A stretch of DNA of 35,974 nt from the IMG/VR virus record IMGVR_UViG_3300047561_000092, positions 1 through 35,974 of that record. The stretch is one strand, 5' to 3'. Source of the DNA: a virus (taxonomy: Duplodnaviria > Caudoviricetes). The notes under the pieces were generated by a model that was given only the letters and a program-made list of their open reading frames with translations, did no database searches and was not told the origin of the DNA. Both the position numbers and the translations under genes were made by a program. Below are positions 10,005 to 19,003 of the stretch, piece after piece (position 1 is the stretch's first letter; every line of letters begins with the position of its first letter).

Positions 10005-10394
10005 ATGCAACTTAAATACGTCAACCCTAACGAATTAAAACAAGTTTGGAGTCAAATAAAACCAAGTCTAGGTGAAATATCTGCACTAGGTGGTGATTGG
10101 ATTCCAGAAGATGCCTATTGTGATATTAAGGTAGGCAAGGCTCAACTATATTTAGGTATTAAAGACGGTTACTTTATAGGCTACATTATAACCCAGCTTA
10201 TAAATAACTCTCTTCATATATGGGCTGCTTACAGTAGTTCACATGACATACTGTCAGAAGGTTTAAAAGAAATAGTTGACATTGCAAAACAGATGAACGC
10301 TAAAGAAATAACATTTACTTCTTATCGCAAGGGCTTTGAAAAGATTGCACCTAAATTAGGATTCAGACCATATACATGGAGGTTTGATTGCTAA
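10005..10394 (+). CDS. GNAT-like virion assembly protein (paralog 1)
   Basis: LHIWAAY...ITFTSYRKGFEKIAPKLGF acetyltransferase-like pattern; position before the ejection genes. Confidence 0.6.
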   Translation: MQLKYVNPNELKQVWSQIKPSLGEISALGGDWIPEDAYCDIKVGKAQLYLGIKDGYFIGYIITQLINNSLHIWAAYSSSHDILSEGLKEIVDIAKQMNAKEITFTSYRKGFEKIAPKLGFRPYTWRFDC

Positions 10395-10798
10395 AGTTTT
10401 ATGTAGTCCCTACAGAACATATCCAACAAACATGGGGTAAGGTAGAAATCATGCTAGATAGAGCTATGGCTCATTCTGGTGGTGAGTATGACCTTGACCA
10501 ACTGAAAGTATTGCTTACACAGGGTAGACAAGTATTGTGTGTAGGTACAGAAGAAGATTTAATAATTAAATGTGCTATGACTATAGAGTGGATTAATTAT
10601 CCTAACGATAGAGTGGCATTTATAACAGCTATTGGTGGCAAAACAGACAAACAAGGTTTTGGTGAGTTTGAGCAATGGGTTAAAGCCAATGGTGGTACAA
10701 AAATACAGGGAGCAGCATTTGAAGCAGTAGCTAGGCTTTGGAAGCGTGCTTACGGATTTGAAAACAGATATATTATAGTGGAGAAACAAATAACATGA
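10388..10798 (+). CDS. GNAT-like virion assembly protein (paralog 2)
   Basis: TTG start; INYPNDRVAFITAIGGK...GGTKIQG...VARLWKRAYGF pattern. Confidence 0.6.
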   Translation: MLKFYVVPTEHIQQTWGKVEIMLDRAMAHSGGEYDLDQLKVLLTQGRQVLCVGTEEDLIIKCAMTIEWINYPNDRVAFITAIGGKTDKQGFGEFEQWVKANGGTKIQGAAFEAVARLWKRAYGFENRYIIVEKQIT

Positions 10799-11910
10799 TT
10801 AACCTTAATAACTGGCTATTTAATTTAGTAGACAACTTTACCTTTTACAAAGGTGGAGGTGGTGGCGGTGGCAGTACTTCGCAAACTAACAATCAATTAG
10901 ACCCTACTATCAAACCTTTTGTAGAATATGGTTTGCAAGAAGCCCAAAATCTTTATCAAACACAATCTCCAGAATATTATGCTGGTCAAACTTATGTAGG
11001 TCCATCTGCACAAACAACATCAGCATTGCAAGCTGCTCAAAATCGTGCATTAGCTGGTAATCCATTATTAACACAAGCTCAACAACAACAATCAGATGTT
11101 ATTGGTGGTCAATACTTACAAAACAATCCATATTTTAACCAAGCGTTAGCTGGTGCTGCACAAGGTGCTACACAAAACTATAATGATGCTATTAAGGCTG
11201 CACAATCTAGTGCTTCGCAAGCTGGTCGTTATGGTTCTGGTGTATCTGCTGATATTCAAAATCGTGCTGCTAATACTTTATCTAATACACTAGCCAATAA
11301 ATATGGTGAACTAGCTTACAGTAACTATGCTGGTGAACGTAGTATGCAAAACCAAGCTGCACAAAATGCTCCAGCTTTGGCTAATGCTGATTACGCTGAT
11401 ATTCAACAACTTATGAATGTAGGTAAAACTACTGAAGATTACCAAAAAACTGCATTACAAGCTGACATTGATAGATTTAACTTTGAACAAAATAAACCAT
11501 ATCAAAAACTTTCAGCTTATCTTGGTGCTGCTTATGGTGCTCCTACAGGTTCAGTATCTACAACTACTCAATCTGGTGGTGGTAAGATAGTATGTACAGC
11601 CATGAATCAAGCATACGGTTTTGGTTCATTCCGTCAAGCTATCTGGTTACAACATTCAGCTACAATGCCTAATGCTAAAACAATTGAAAAAGGTTATCAC
11701 AAACTATTCTTGCCAGTTGTTGCATTTGCATTTAGTGACAAACAAACATTTGCTCGTAAACTTGTTCGTAAGATTTCAGAACATATTGCAAGACATAGAA
11801 CTGCTGATGTATGGAAAGAAATGCGTGGTAAAAAACGTGACCCATTAGGTCGTTTATATCGTGCAATTATTGAACCAATGTGCTATGTAGCAGGTAAGGT
11901 GGGTAAATAA
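10795..11910 (+). CDS. DNA ejection/pilot protein with C-terminal KIVCT domain
   Basis: FYKGGGGGGGSTSQT N-terminus; Gln/Ala-rich helical core (NPY, AGRYGSG); Gly linker then KIVCTAMN...GYH domain. Confidence 0.7.
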   Translation: MINLNNWLFNLVDNFTFYKGGGGGGGSTSQTNNQLDPTIKPFVEYGLQEAQNLYQTQSPEYYAGQTYVGPSAQTTSALQAAQNRALAGNPLLTQAQQQQSDVIGGQYLQNNPYFNQALAGAAQGATQNYNDAIKAAQSSASQAGRYGSGVSADIQNRAANTLSNTLANKYGELAYSNYAGERSMQNQAAQNAPALANADYADIQQLMNVGKTTEDYQKTALQADIDRFNFEQNKPYQKLSAYLGAAYGAPTGSVSTTTQSGGGKIVCTAMNQAYGFGSFRQAIWLQHSATMPNAKTIEKGYHKLFLPVVAFAFSDKQTFARKLVRKISEHIARHRTADVWKEMRGKKRDPLGRLYRAIIEPMCYVAGKVGK

Positions 11911-11911
11911 T

Positions 11912-12649
11912 ATGGGACAAATGCTAGTTCCTGCTCTTATAGGTGCAGGTGTAGGTGCTGTAGGCAGTGCTGCAATGGGTAAAAGCCCATTAACAGGTGC
12001 ACTTATGGGCGGTGCTATGGGTGGACTTGGTGGTGCTGGAGGTCTATTTGGAGGTGCTGCAGGAAGTGCTGGTGGCACAACAGGTGGATTAGTAGGCTCA
12101 ACAGGAGAAATTGGAAGTGGTTTATTATCTACTGCTGGAGGTTTAGGAGGTGGTGCTGTTGCATTACCTGCTGCTACATCTGGTGCATTATCTAGTCCAA
12201 GTATTTTATCTGGTGCTGACAGTACATTAACAGGTGCTGGCATGATGAATGAAGCACAAATAACTCCAAGTTTATTAAATTCTGTAGGTGCTGGCGGTGC
12301 TATGACTAATGCAGGTGCTGTACCACTTACAACAATGGATAAATTTGGTAATTATGTATCTAATTTACCATCTAATGCTATGGACTATGTAAAAAATAAC
12401 CCAGTATCTGCTGGTAAGATGGCTTTAGATGTTGCTACACCTACACCACAACAAACACAAGCTGCTCCAGTGATGCCAATTCAACGTGGTAATTTTGACC
12501 CTTCATCTGCTATTCCTGCAACACCTACTATGGGTCTTACAAAAGATGAATTATTAAAAGCAAAAGCTGGGCAATACGCAAATATGGCACACTTATCAGA
12601 CCAAGATAGACGCAAAATCGGTGACTTTTACACCTCATTAATAGGATAA
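11912..12649 (+). CDS. Gly-rich internal virion/ejection protein
   Basis: Glycine-zipper hydrophobic N-terminus (ALIGAGVGAVGSAAMG...GALMGGAMGG). Confidence 0.65.
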   Translation: MGQMLVPALIGAGVGAVGSAAMGKSPLTGALMGGAMGGLGGAGGLFGGAAGSAGGTTGGLVGSTGEIGSGLLSTAGGLGGGAVALPAATSGALSSPSILSGADSTLTGAGMMNEAQITPSLLNSVGAGGAMTNAGAVPLTTMDKFGNYVSNLPSNAMDYVKNNPVSAGKMALDVATPTPQQTQAAPVMPIQRGNFDPSSAIPATPTMGLTKDELLKAKAGQYANMAHLSDQDRRKIGDFYTSLIG

Positions 12650-12653
12650 TATT

Positions 12654-13337
12654 ATGGCATTTTTAGACAGTTTTAGTAATCCATTTGAAGGTTTGAATGT
12701 ATTTGGTGCAAGAGCACCTAGTTATATGGATAGTTTATTAGACCCTGCTGCTTTAGAAAAGGTTAAACAACAATCTCTTGCACAAGGGCTTCTAGGAACT
12801 GCAGCAACCTACCTAGCACAACCTAAAAACCAACGCTATGGGTCAGCATTACCTTATCTTGGTAAAGCGTTTATGGGTGGCATGCAATCATCTCAAGGTG
12901 TATATGACCAAGCTACACAAGATGCAATAATGAAACAAAAGATTGACCAAGCTAAATTACAAAAACAATATATTGACCAATATGCTACTGCACATCCAGA
13001 AATGGCTACTGTGTTAAAAGCATTTCCAGAAGCTGCTCCAAAAATACTTGAAAATACATATAAAGCTCAAGAACCTCCTACAAGTTATCAAGAATTTACT
13101 CTTGCTAAAGATAAGCAAGGATATAGAGGCACTTATGAGGATTGGATGAAGTTAAAACAAGTTAATCAAGGTTTAACTACAGCATATAATACTCAACCAG
13201 CTCCAACAACACCTACACAACCATTTGTTCCTTCAATTATGAAGTCAACATTTCCTGTAACTGTTGGTGGTAAAACATTTAATTTTCCATCACAAGCTGC
13301 TGCTGCAGCATTTAAAAAAGAAGCAGGAGTACAATAA
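12654..13337 (+). CDS. Putative internal virion/ejection protein
   Basis: Position; helical, Gln/Ala-rich; PTSYQEF repeat-like unit. Confidence 0.55.
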   Translation: MAFLDSFSNPFEGLNVFGARAPSYMDSLLDPAALEKVKQQSLAQGLLGTAATYLAQPKNQRYGSALPYLGKAFMGGMQSSQGVYDQATQDAIMKQKIDQAKLQKQYIDQYATAHPEMATVLKAFPEAAPKILENTYKAQEPPTSYQEFTLAKDKQGYRGTYEDWMKLKQVNQGLTTAYNTQPAPTTPTQPFVPSIMKSTFPVTVGGKTFNFPSQAAAAAFKKEAGVQ

Positions 13338-14032
13338 TGGCTGATTTAGATTTAGAATCATTAGCAGCAAAATTTGGTGCTATCACTGCACCGCAAGTAA
13401 ATGTTACACCTACTAATGTACCTGCCATGAATACACCTTGGTCTGGTATGCCTCCAAAAGAAGTTAATGATATGCGTCAAAAAGTATATGACCAATCACA
13501 AAAACGTATTCAATCTATTCGTGATGCTGCTTACCAAGCTGAAAATGTTTTAACTGACTTAAATCGTTTTGGTGAATTAAATAGAGCAACTGGTACAGGT
13601 TCTTTATATGATGCTATTTTTACAGAAACTCCACAGTTACATGGTGCTGCACATAATGAAATGACAGCTATTCAATCAAAACTTGGACCATCTCAACGTA
13701 TTCAAGGTTCTGGCTCATCATCTGATAGAGATGTTAAATTATTTATGACTGGTTTGCCTAATGTAAATCAAAAAGGTGATGTTAATAAAAACATTCGTGT
13801 AGATTTTGAAAAAAAATATAATTATGCTGTAGGTAAAGCAACATTTCTAGAGGATTATTTAAACCAGTATGGTCACTTAAATGGTGCTGATAGAGAATGG
13901 GGTAAATATAAAGACCAATATATTAATCAACCTACAGAATCAAGACCTACATCAGATAAGACATCTGCTCAACCATCTATGACAATACCTAAAGTTAAAT
14001 TTATAGGTTTTGAACCCCCTCAAGGACAATAA
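13337..14032 (+). CDS. Putative internal virion/ejection protein
   Basis: GSGSSSDRDVKLF motif common in podophage ejection proteins; translationally coupled. Confidence 0.55.
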   Translation: MADLDLESLAAKFGAITAPQVNVTPTNVPAMNTPWSGMPPKEVNDMRQKVYDQSQKRIQSIRDAAYQAENVLTDLNRFGELNRATGTGSLYDAIFTETPQLHGAAHNEMTAIQSKLGPSQRIQGSGSSSDRDVKLFMTGLPNVNQKGDVNKNIRVDFEKKYNYAVGKATFLEDYLNQYGHLNGADREWGKYKDQYINQPTESRPTSDKTSAQPSMTIPKVKFIGFEPPQGQ

Positions 14033-14033
14033 T

Positions 14034-15230
14034 ATGCCAATAGCACGATTTCAAATGCCAGATGGACAAATAGGTAGGTTTGAAGTTCCAGAAGGTACAA
14101 GTCCAGAAGATGCACAAACACTAATACAACAACATTTATCTGGTGGTACACAACCTAAAACTAATCCATTTATGGACTTACTTAAAGAGCAAGCTAGTCA
14201 AGTAAAAGAATTATTCCCACAAAATGCAGAAGAAAAAGCAAAACTTCAAGCTAAACTTGGTAATGTTAATCCACAAGACTATTACAATATTGCTCAAGGA
14301 TTTATGCCAGCTACTGGTGTTGGAAAAGTTGTTAATCAATTATTTCCTAATATTGCTGAACAAGCTACTAAATCAGTATCAAGAACATTACCACAATGGC
14401 TTATGCAATCTGCTTTAAAACCAAGCGTTAAAGATTTAGAAACTGGTAAAGCACAGCAAGCTATTAATACTTTATTAGAAGAAAATGTAAATCCTACACA
14501 AGGAAGTACTATTTTTGGTAAAGGTTTAGATACATTGCAAGGCAAGGTAAATGTTCTTAATGACCAAATTAAAAATATGTTATCTACATCTACTGCTACT
14601 GTAAGTAAATCAGATGTTGCTCAATATCTTAATGGTTTAAAAGAAAAAGCCATGAAGCAAGTTAATCCAGAATCAGATTTAGCTGCTATTGATAAAGTTC
14701 AACAAGAATTTGCTAAATATAATAAAGCTGCAATTGAAACACCTACTATGCAAATACCTATTCAGTTAGCACAACAATTGAAACAAGGTACATATAAATC
14801 TTTAGGTGGTAAAGTATATGGTGAATTAAAAGCATCTGATATTGAAGCACAAAAAATATTAGCTAAAGGATTAAAAGAAAAAATTGCTCAAGCTGAACCT
14901 ACTATTGCTGGTTTAAATGCAGAAGAATCAAGACTATTAAATGCCTTAAACGTATCAGAACGCAGAGCTTTAATTGAAGCTAATAAAGATATGCTTGGTT
15001 TATCTAATATGACTAGAGATGCTAAAACTCAATTATTAGCTATGGCTGACAGAAGTGCTCCTGTAAAAGCATTATTGGCTCGCATGGTTTATAACACACA
15101 AAAAATACCAGCTAAACTTGGTGGTTTGTTAGAAAACAAAGTTCCAAATGTTATGACTCCAGACAATCCAGAAGTGATTATTCCTAATATCTTAAAAGGT
15201 ATGGGTTTGCTTTCATCACAAGATAATTAA
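14034..15230 (+). CDS. Putative internal virion/ejection protein
   Basis: Likely start MPIARFQMPDGQIGRFEVPEGTSPEDAQ after RBS aagga; helical; ends GMGLLSSQDN. Confidence 0.6.
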   Translation: MPIARFQMPDGQIGRFEVPEGTSPEDAQTLIQQHLSGGTQPKTNPFMDLLKEQASQVKELFPQNAEEKAKLQAKLGNVNPQDYYNIAQGFMPATGVGKVVNQLFPNIAEQATKSVSRTLPQWLMQSALKPSVKDLETGKAQQAINTLLEENVNPTQGSTIFGKGLDTLQGKVNVLNDQIKNMLSTSTATVSKSDVAQYLNGLKEKAMKQVNPESDLAAIDKVQQEFAKYNKAAIETPTMQIPIQLAQQLKQGTYKSLGGKVYGELKASDIEAQKILAKGLKEKIAQAEPTIAGLNAEESRLLNALNVSERRALIEANKDMLGLSNMTRDAKTQLLAMADRSAPVKALLARMVYNTQKIPAKLGGLLENKVPNVMTPDNPEVIIPNILKGMGLLSSQDN

Positions 15231-15247
15231 TAATAGAAAGTTAATCA

Positions 15248-15457
15248 ATGAGCAACGAAATTGACCCAATACAATACGGACAACTTATAGCCCAAGTGCA
15301 AAACCTACAAGACAAAGTAGAAAGCATGGAAACAGATATAAAGTCACTCCTAGAGCTTGCAAATAAAAGTCGTGGAGGATTCTGGGCTGGCATGGCAATT
15401 GCTTCTGCTATAGGTGGCTTTATGACATTCATAGCCAATCATTTATTAGGAAAATAA
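15248..15457 (+). CDS. Small coiled-coil plus TM protein (holin-like)
   Basis: YGQLIAQVQNLQ...LLELANKSRGGFWAGMAIASAIGG. Confidence 0.6.
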   Translation: MSNEIDPIQYGQLIAQVQNLQDKVESMETDIKSLLELANKSRGGFWAGMAIASAIGGFMTFIANHLLGK

Positions 15458-15458
15458 T

Positions 15459-15788
15459 ATGAAAGTACTTGCTTATTTAACAGTATTAGCAGTATTTTGG
15501 CTTATGTTAATTAATGTACCTTATGCTAAAGAACTTGTAAAAGAAATGAGCATGGTTACAGAAGCAGGTGAAATTGTATTAACAAGTGAAGAGTGTATCC
15601 TTAAAAAAGAAGGGTTACAAGGATATGACTACGCTGCATACGCTACTGATAAAGGACATCCTAACCATGAAGGTTGCTGGAAGTCTGATAGTTACGAAGG
15701 TAAGCACGCAGTATTTATATTCTTTCCAGAATTAAATCAAACAGCAGTATTTGACGCTAAACTATTTCATCCTAAAGCAACAATATGA
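15459..15788 (+). CDS. Hypothetical exported protein
   Basis: Signal peptide-like N-terminus; GEIVLT...C...EGCW. Confidence 0.55.
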   Translation: MKVLAYLTVLAVFWLMLINVPYAKELVKEMSMVTEAGEIVLTSEECILKKEGLQGYDYAAYATDKGHPNHEGCWKSDSYEGKHAVFIFFPELNQTAVFDAKLFHPKATI

Positions 15789-16144
15789 AAAATTTAGCTC
15801 CAATTAAAAGTACTCAATTATCTCCAGAAATGGAAAATCAATATAAGTTTTGGATGGCACAAAATTCTATTAATCCAGATAAAAATTATGATATGCGTGG
15901 ATTTTATCTTGGTGGATTATTAAATGACCCATTAGCACAAACAGAAGTAAATCAATCTGATATGCAAATACACTTTCCAGATAAATGGAAACTTCCTAGT
16001 CATCCTACATTTAGTCAAGAAAGTATTTATAGCAATTCTAAACAAGACCCATATTGGATGGAAAATTTACCTCCATATAAAAAAGGTACTTGGGGATTAA
16101 TTAGTCCATTAAGAGGATTATTAAACTTGGAAGTTCCACAATGA
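15785..16144 (+). CDS. Hypothetical protein (YDMRGF / HFPDKWKLPSHPTFS domain)
   Basis: Coupled ATGA overlaps at both ends; ends RGLLNLEVPQ. Confidence 0.6.
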   Translation: MKNLAPIKSTQLSPEMENQYKFWMAQNSINPDKNYDMRGFYLGGLLNDPLAQTEVNQSDMQIHFPDKWKLPSHPTFSQESIYSNSKQDPYWMENLPPYKKGTWGLISPLRGLLNLEVPQ

Positions 16145-16500
16145 CATTCATCACAGAGAACAACATTGCCAATCTTTATTCGGCTTTGATAGAGTTCCCT
16201 GTATTTGACGAGTATAAACTTCCCCCATCATCTAAAGTAGACTTTGTAATAGTGCATGACCCAGAAATGTATGGTCAGTATGAGCCTCCAGAACAAGGTG
16301 AGCCTCATATAATTACAATAAGCACAGCTAAATGTGGTCATCTTGATACCGTTATAAAAACTCTATGCCATGAAATACTACATATGTGCGTATATTTAGA
16401 AGCACCTAAAACAGATAGATATACAAGCCATAAAGGCTTATTCTTAAAACTACAAAAGCGTGTAGCCAATCATCTTGGCTTTGACCCAAAGGAACTATAA
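16141..16500 (+). CDS. SprT-like zinc metalloprotease
   Basis: TLCHEILH (HExxH) with a downstream H...F (SHKGLF). Confidence 0.7.
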   Translation: MTFITENNIANLYSALIEFPVFDEYKLPPSSKVDFVIVHDPEMYGQYEPPEQGEPHIITISTAKCGHLDTVIKTLCHEILHMCVYLEAPKTDRYTSHKGLFLKLQKRVANHLGFDPKEL

Positions 16501-17967
16501 ATGCCAGCATTTAATACATGGGCAAGTCAACAAGACCCATTATCTTTATCACCACTAGACCGTTTACTTAATAACTATATTCAAAATAGCAATACTGCTG
16601 GTGCATATTTAATGCGTGGTGACCCACAAGGATTATGGAAAGACCTTAATACACCTAAACCAGTTCCATCTACAGATGAAGCTATGCGTAATATGTATAA
16701 CCTAGCAATAGGCTCTATAGCACCTGTTGAAAGTGGATTATCTAAATTTGTACCTAATGTAAAATCTGGTGAAGAATTTTTAGTTCAACATAATCTTACC
16801 CCACAAAAACTTATTGCAGCAAATGAATTAGGTGGTATGCCCGTTCCTTCTTTAGGAATTAGTAAAATATCAGAGCCTGTGCAAGGATATGGAGATATAT
16901 CACTTATTGGCTCTAAAGAAATGGCTATTCCTTCTGCAAAAAATCCAGTATATAAATCTGACGCATATACAAAAAAAGCTCCACAAATTGATTATAATAT
17001 TGATTATAAAAGCCAAGAAAATTTAAAAAGTTTACTTGGTGATGTAATGAAAAAAGTTCCTAACAGTGAGCATGATTTTGGTAATTTGGTTCAAAATTAT
17101 AAAGATAGACAATATAACGATTTATTAATATCTAAATTTTTAGATGAAAAAGGTCTATTACCTACAAATGTTGAAAACACTTATAAATTTGGTTCTGATA
17201 TACAAAGTTTAAGAAGTCAAAATTTACCAGAGTATCAAAACTGGCTTAACAATTTTGAAAATAAATTACCAGAAGCAAATGTTAATGTTCAAGAAAGACT
17301 TTTTAAAGGTTATACACCATCTGGAAATAGAAAATATGTTCCAGTTAATTTGGATAATATTATTAAAGAAATGAAAGGCGGAGCAAGCACTGAAGGATGG
17401 AATTATGGTGTTGGTAATGTAAGAGCATTAGTTACACCTAAATTTAAAAGTTTAAAAGAAATTACATCTAACAGAGATAGAATTGTATCTAATAAAGATT
17501 TTGCTCCAATTAAAGATAAATTTGATGAAGGGTATCAAAATTTAGTTAATAGATTATATGAAATTAATCCTAAATTTAATGCTAATGATACAATGTTAGA
17601 TATAGCTGAAAACAAAAACTTTAGTATTTTAAAAGACCAATATACCAATGTTCCAGATTCTTTAAAAGCAGATATTGGAACTTATTACGATAGTCTTAAA
17701 AAAATGCCTACAGAGTACTTTGAAATTAAACCTCAAAGAGCAGTAGGAATTGGTGAGTTTAAAGGTGCTATTGTTCCTCATGATATACCACAACAAGCAC
17801 ATGATATATTAACCAATGCTGGCATACAAAATATTTTTAAATATACTACAGAAGCAGAAAAGAAAAAATTATTTGAAAAGTTTGGGAATCAAATGTTCCA
17901 AGTTGGTGCTCCTTTATATGGTGCAGACCAATTATATAACAACGGATTATTAGGAGATAAAAAATAA
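16501..17967 (+). CDS. Large hypothetical protein resembling a polyvalent/ejected-protein domain
   Basis: VQHNL...LGGMPVPSLGI...YGDISL...DAYT...EYFEIKPQRAV motifs; ends NNGLLGDKK. Confidence 0.6.
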   Translation: MPAFNTWASQQDPLSLSPLDRLLNNYIQNSNTAGAYLMRGDPQGLWKDLNTPKPVPSTDEAMRNMYNLAIGSIAPVESGLSKFVPNVKSGEEFLVQHNLTPQKLIAANELGGMPVPSLGISKISEPVQGYGDISLIGSKEMAIPSAKNPVYKSDAYTKKAPQIDYNIDYKSQENLKSLLGDVMKKVPNSEHDFGNLVQNYKDRQYNDLLISKFLDEKGLLPTNVENTYKFGSDIQSLRSQNLPEYQNWLNNFENKLPEANVNVQERLFKGYTPSGNRKYVPVNLDNIIKEMKGGASTEGWNYGVGNVRALVTPKFKSLKEITSNRDRIVSNKDFAPIKDKFDEGYQNLVNRLYEINPKFNANDTMLDIAENKNFSILKDQYTNVPDSLKADIGTYYDSLKKMPTEYFEIKPQRAVGIGEFKGAIVPHDIPQQAHDILTNAGIQNIFKYTTEAEKKKLFEKFGNQMFQVGAPLYGADQLYNNGLLGDKK

Positions 17968-18356
17968 TGTTCGGTTCAATCATATCTTTAATCTTACCAG
18001 CCCTAGTCCCAGCATTTGCTGATGGTGCTAGAGGTCTTATAGCCAAGTTTACAGGTGGTGCAGGTGGACAACCACAGAACATGACAGAACGCATAGAACT
18101 TATGAAAGCAGAAGCTGAAAAACTACAGGCTTTAGCTTCATTAGATAACCCTACTGGTGAACCTTCTAAATGGATTATAGACCTTCGTGCTTCATTCAGA
18201 TATGTCATTATTAGTGCTATAATGGTGTTTACTGCTATCGTAGTATTCAACCCAGACGTTGTAGGTGCATCTGTAGTAGCAGTATTCCTTGACATGACTG
18301 GAGCTTGTATGTCTTTTGTTATTGGCGAAAGAATGTACCTGACACTTAAAAAATGA
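17967..18356 (+). CDS. Holin-like membrane protein
   Basis: N-terminal hydrophobic segment, WIIDLRASFR, two TMs, FVIGER C-terminus (3TM-holin-like). Confidence 0.65.
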   Translation: MFGSIISLILPALVPAFADGARGLIAKFTGGAGGQPQNMTERIELMKAEAEKLQALASLDNPTGEPSKWIIDLRASFRYVIISAIMVFTAIVVFNPDVVGASVVAVFLDMTGACMSFVIGERMYLTLKK

Positions 18357-18520
18357 TTGTATTAAACATATTAAACTTTATCGGTTTATCTATACTTAAA
18401 TTACTCGTAGTAGGATTATTATTCTTGGCTATGGGTATGTCATTTGTATTCCTAGCTGTTATGGAATATCTCACAATAGCATTAAATTATCTAAACGACA
18501 TTTATGAAAATCAAAGTTAA
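18353..18520 (+). CDS. Small membrane protein, 55 aa (not in the ORF track)
   Basis: MIVLNILNFIGLSILKLLVVGLLFLAMGMSFVFLAVMEYLTIALNYLNDIYENQS; ATGA overlap with the holin; fills the gap. Confidence 0.55.
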   Translation: MIVLNILNFIGLSILKLLVVGLLFLAMGMSFVFLAVMEYLTIALNYLNDIYENQS

Positions 18521-18893
18521 ACGTTACGAATTTAAAGACACATACACAGTAGGTCGTATGTATATCAATGATGTTTATTTCTGCTATACCCTTGAAGATA
18601 AGGTTAGAGAAGGAGCAAAAGTAGATGGACAAACAGCTATTCCTAATGGCACTTACTCTGTCATTATTGATGTTTCTACTCGTTTTGGTAAGCAACTTCC
18701 CCATATACTAGATGTTCCTAATTTTACAGGCGTAAGAATACACTCTGGCAATACATCTAAAGACACAGAAGGATGTATCTTGTTAGGTCACACATACGCA
18801 GGTAAAGACTTCATAGGCAATTCTAAATTAGCATTTGATGTATTCTTTAACAAACTTAAAGAAGATAAAACATCCACTATTGAAATATGCTAG
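18504..18893 (+). CDS. DUF5675 protein (L,D-peptidase-like; candidate endolysin)
   Basis: FCYTLED...TAIPNGTY...VPNFTGVRIHSGNTSKDTEGCILLG His/Cys motif; next to the holin. Confidence 0.8.
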   Translation: MKIKVKRYEFKDTYTVGRMYINDVYFCYTLEDKVREGAKVDGQTAIPNGTYSVIIDVSTRFGKQLPHILDVPNFTGVRIHSGNTSKDTEGCILLGHTYAGKDFIGNSKLAFDVFFNKLKEDKTSTIEIC

Positions 18894-18994
18894 AGTATTT
18901 AATCTGTGATGTGCTTTGTGCACTAGACCATTTAAAGTATGTTATATGTATCTTATTGATTTTTCTAGTGTATAATAAAGTATCTCAACGCTAG
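18887..18994 (+). CDS. Possible 35-aa membrane peptide
   Basis: MLEYLICDVLCALDHLKYVICILLIFLVYNKVSQR fills the gap; weak RBS. Confidence 0.35.
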   Translation: MLEYLICDVLCALDHLKYVICILLIFLVYNKVSQR

Positions 18995-19003
18995 GAGAGT
19001 TAC

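Noticed and set aside
11575-11910. Intein/Hint domain at KIVCT
   Set aside because: Too short, predicted helical, and lacks the TxxH and terminal HN motifs
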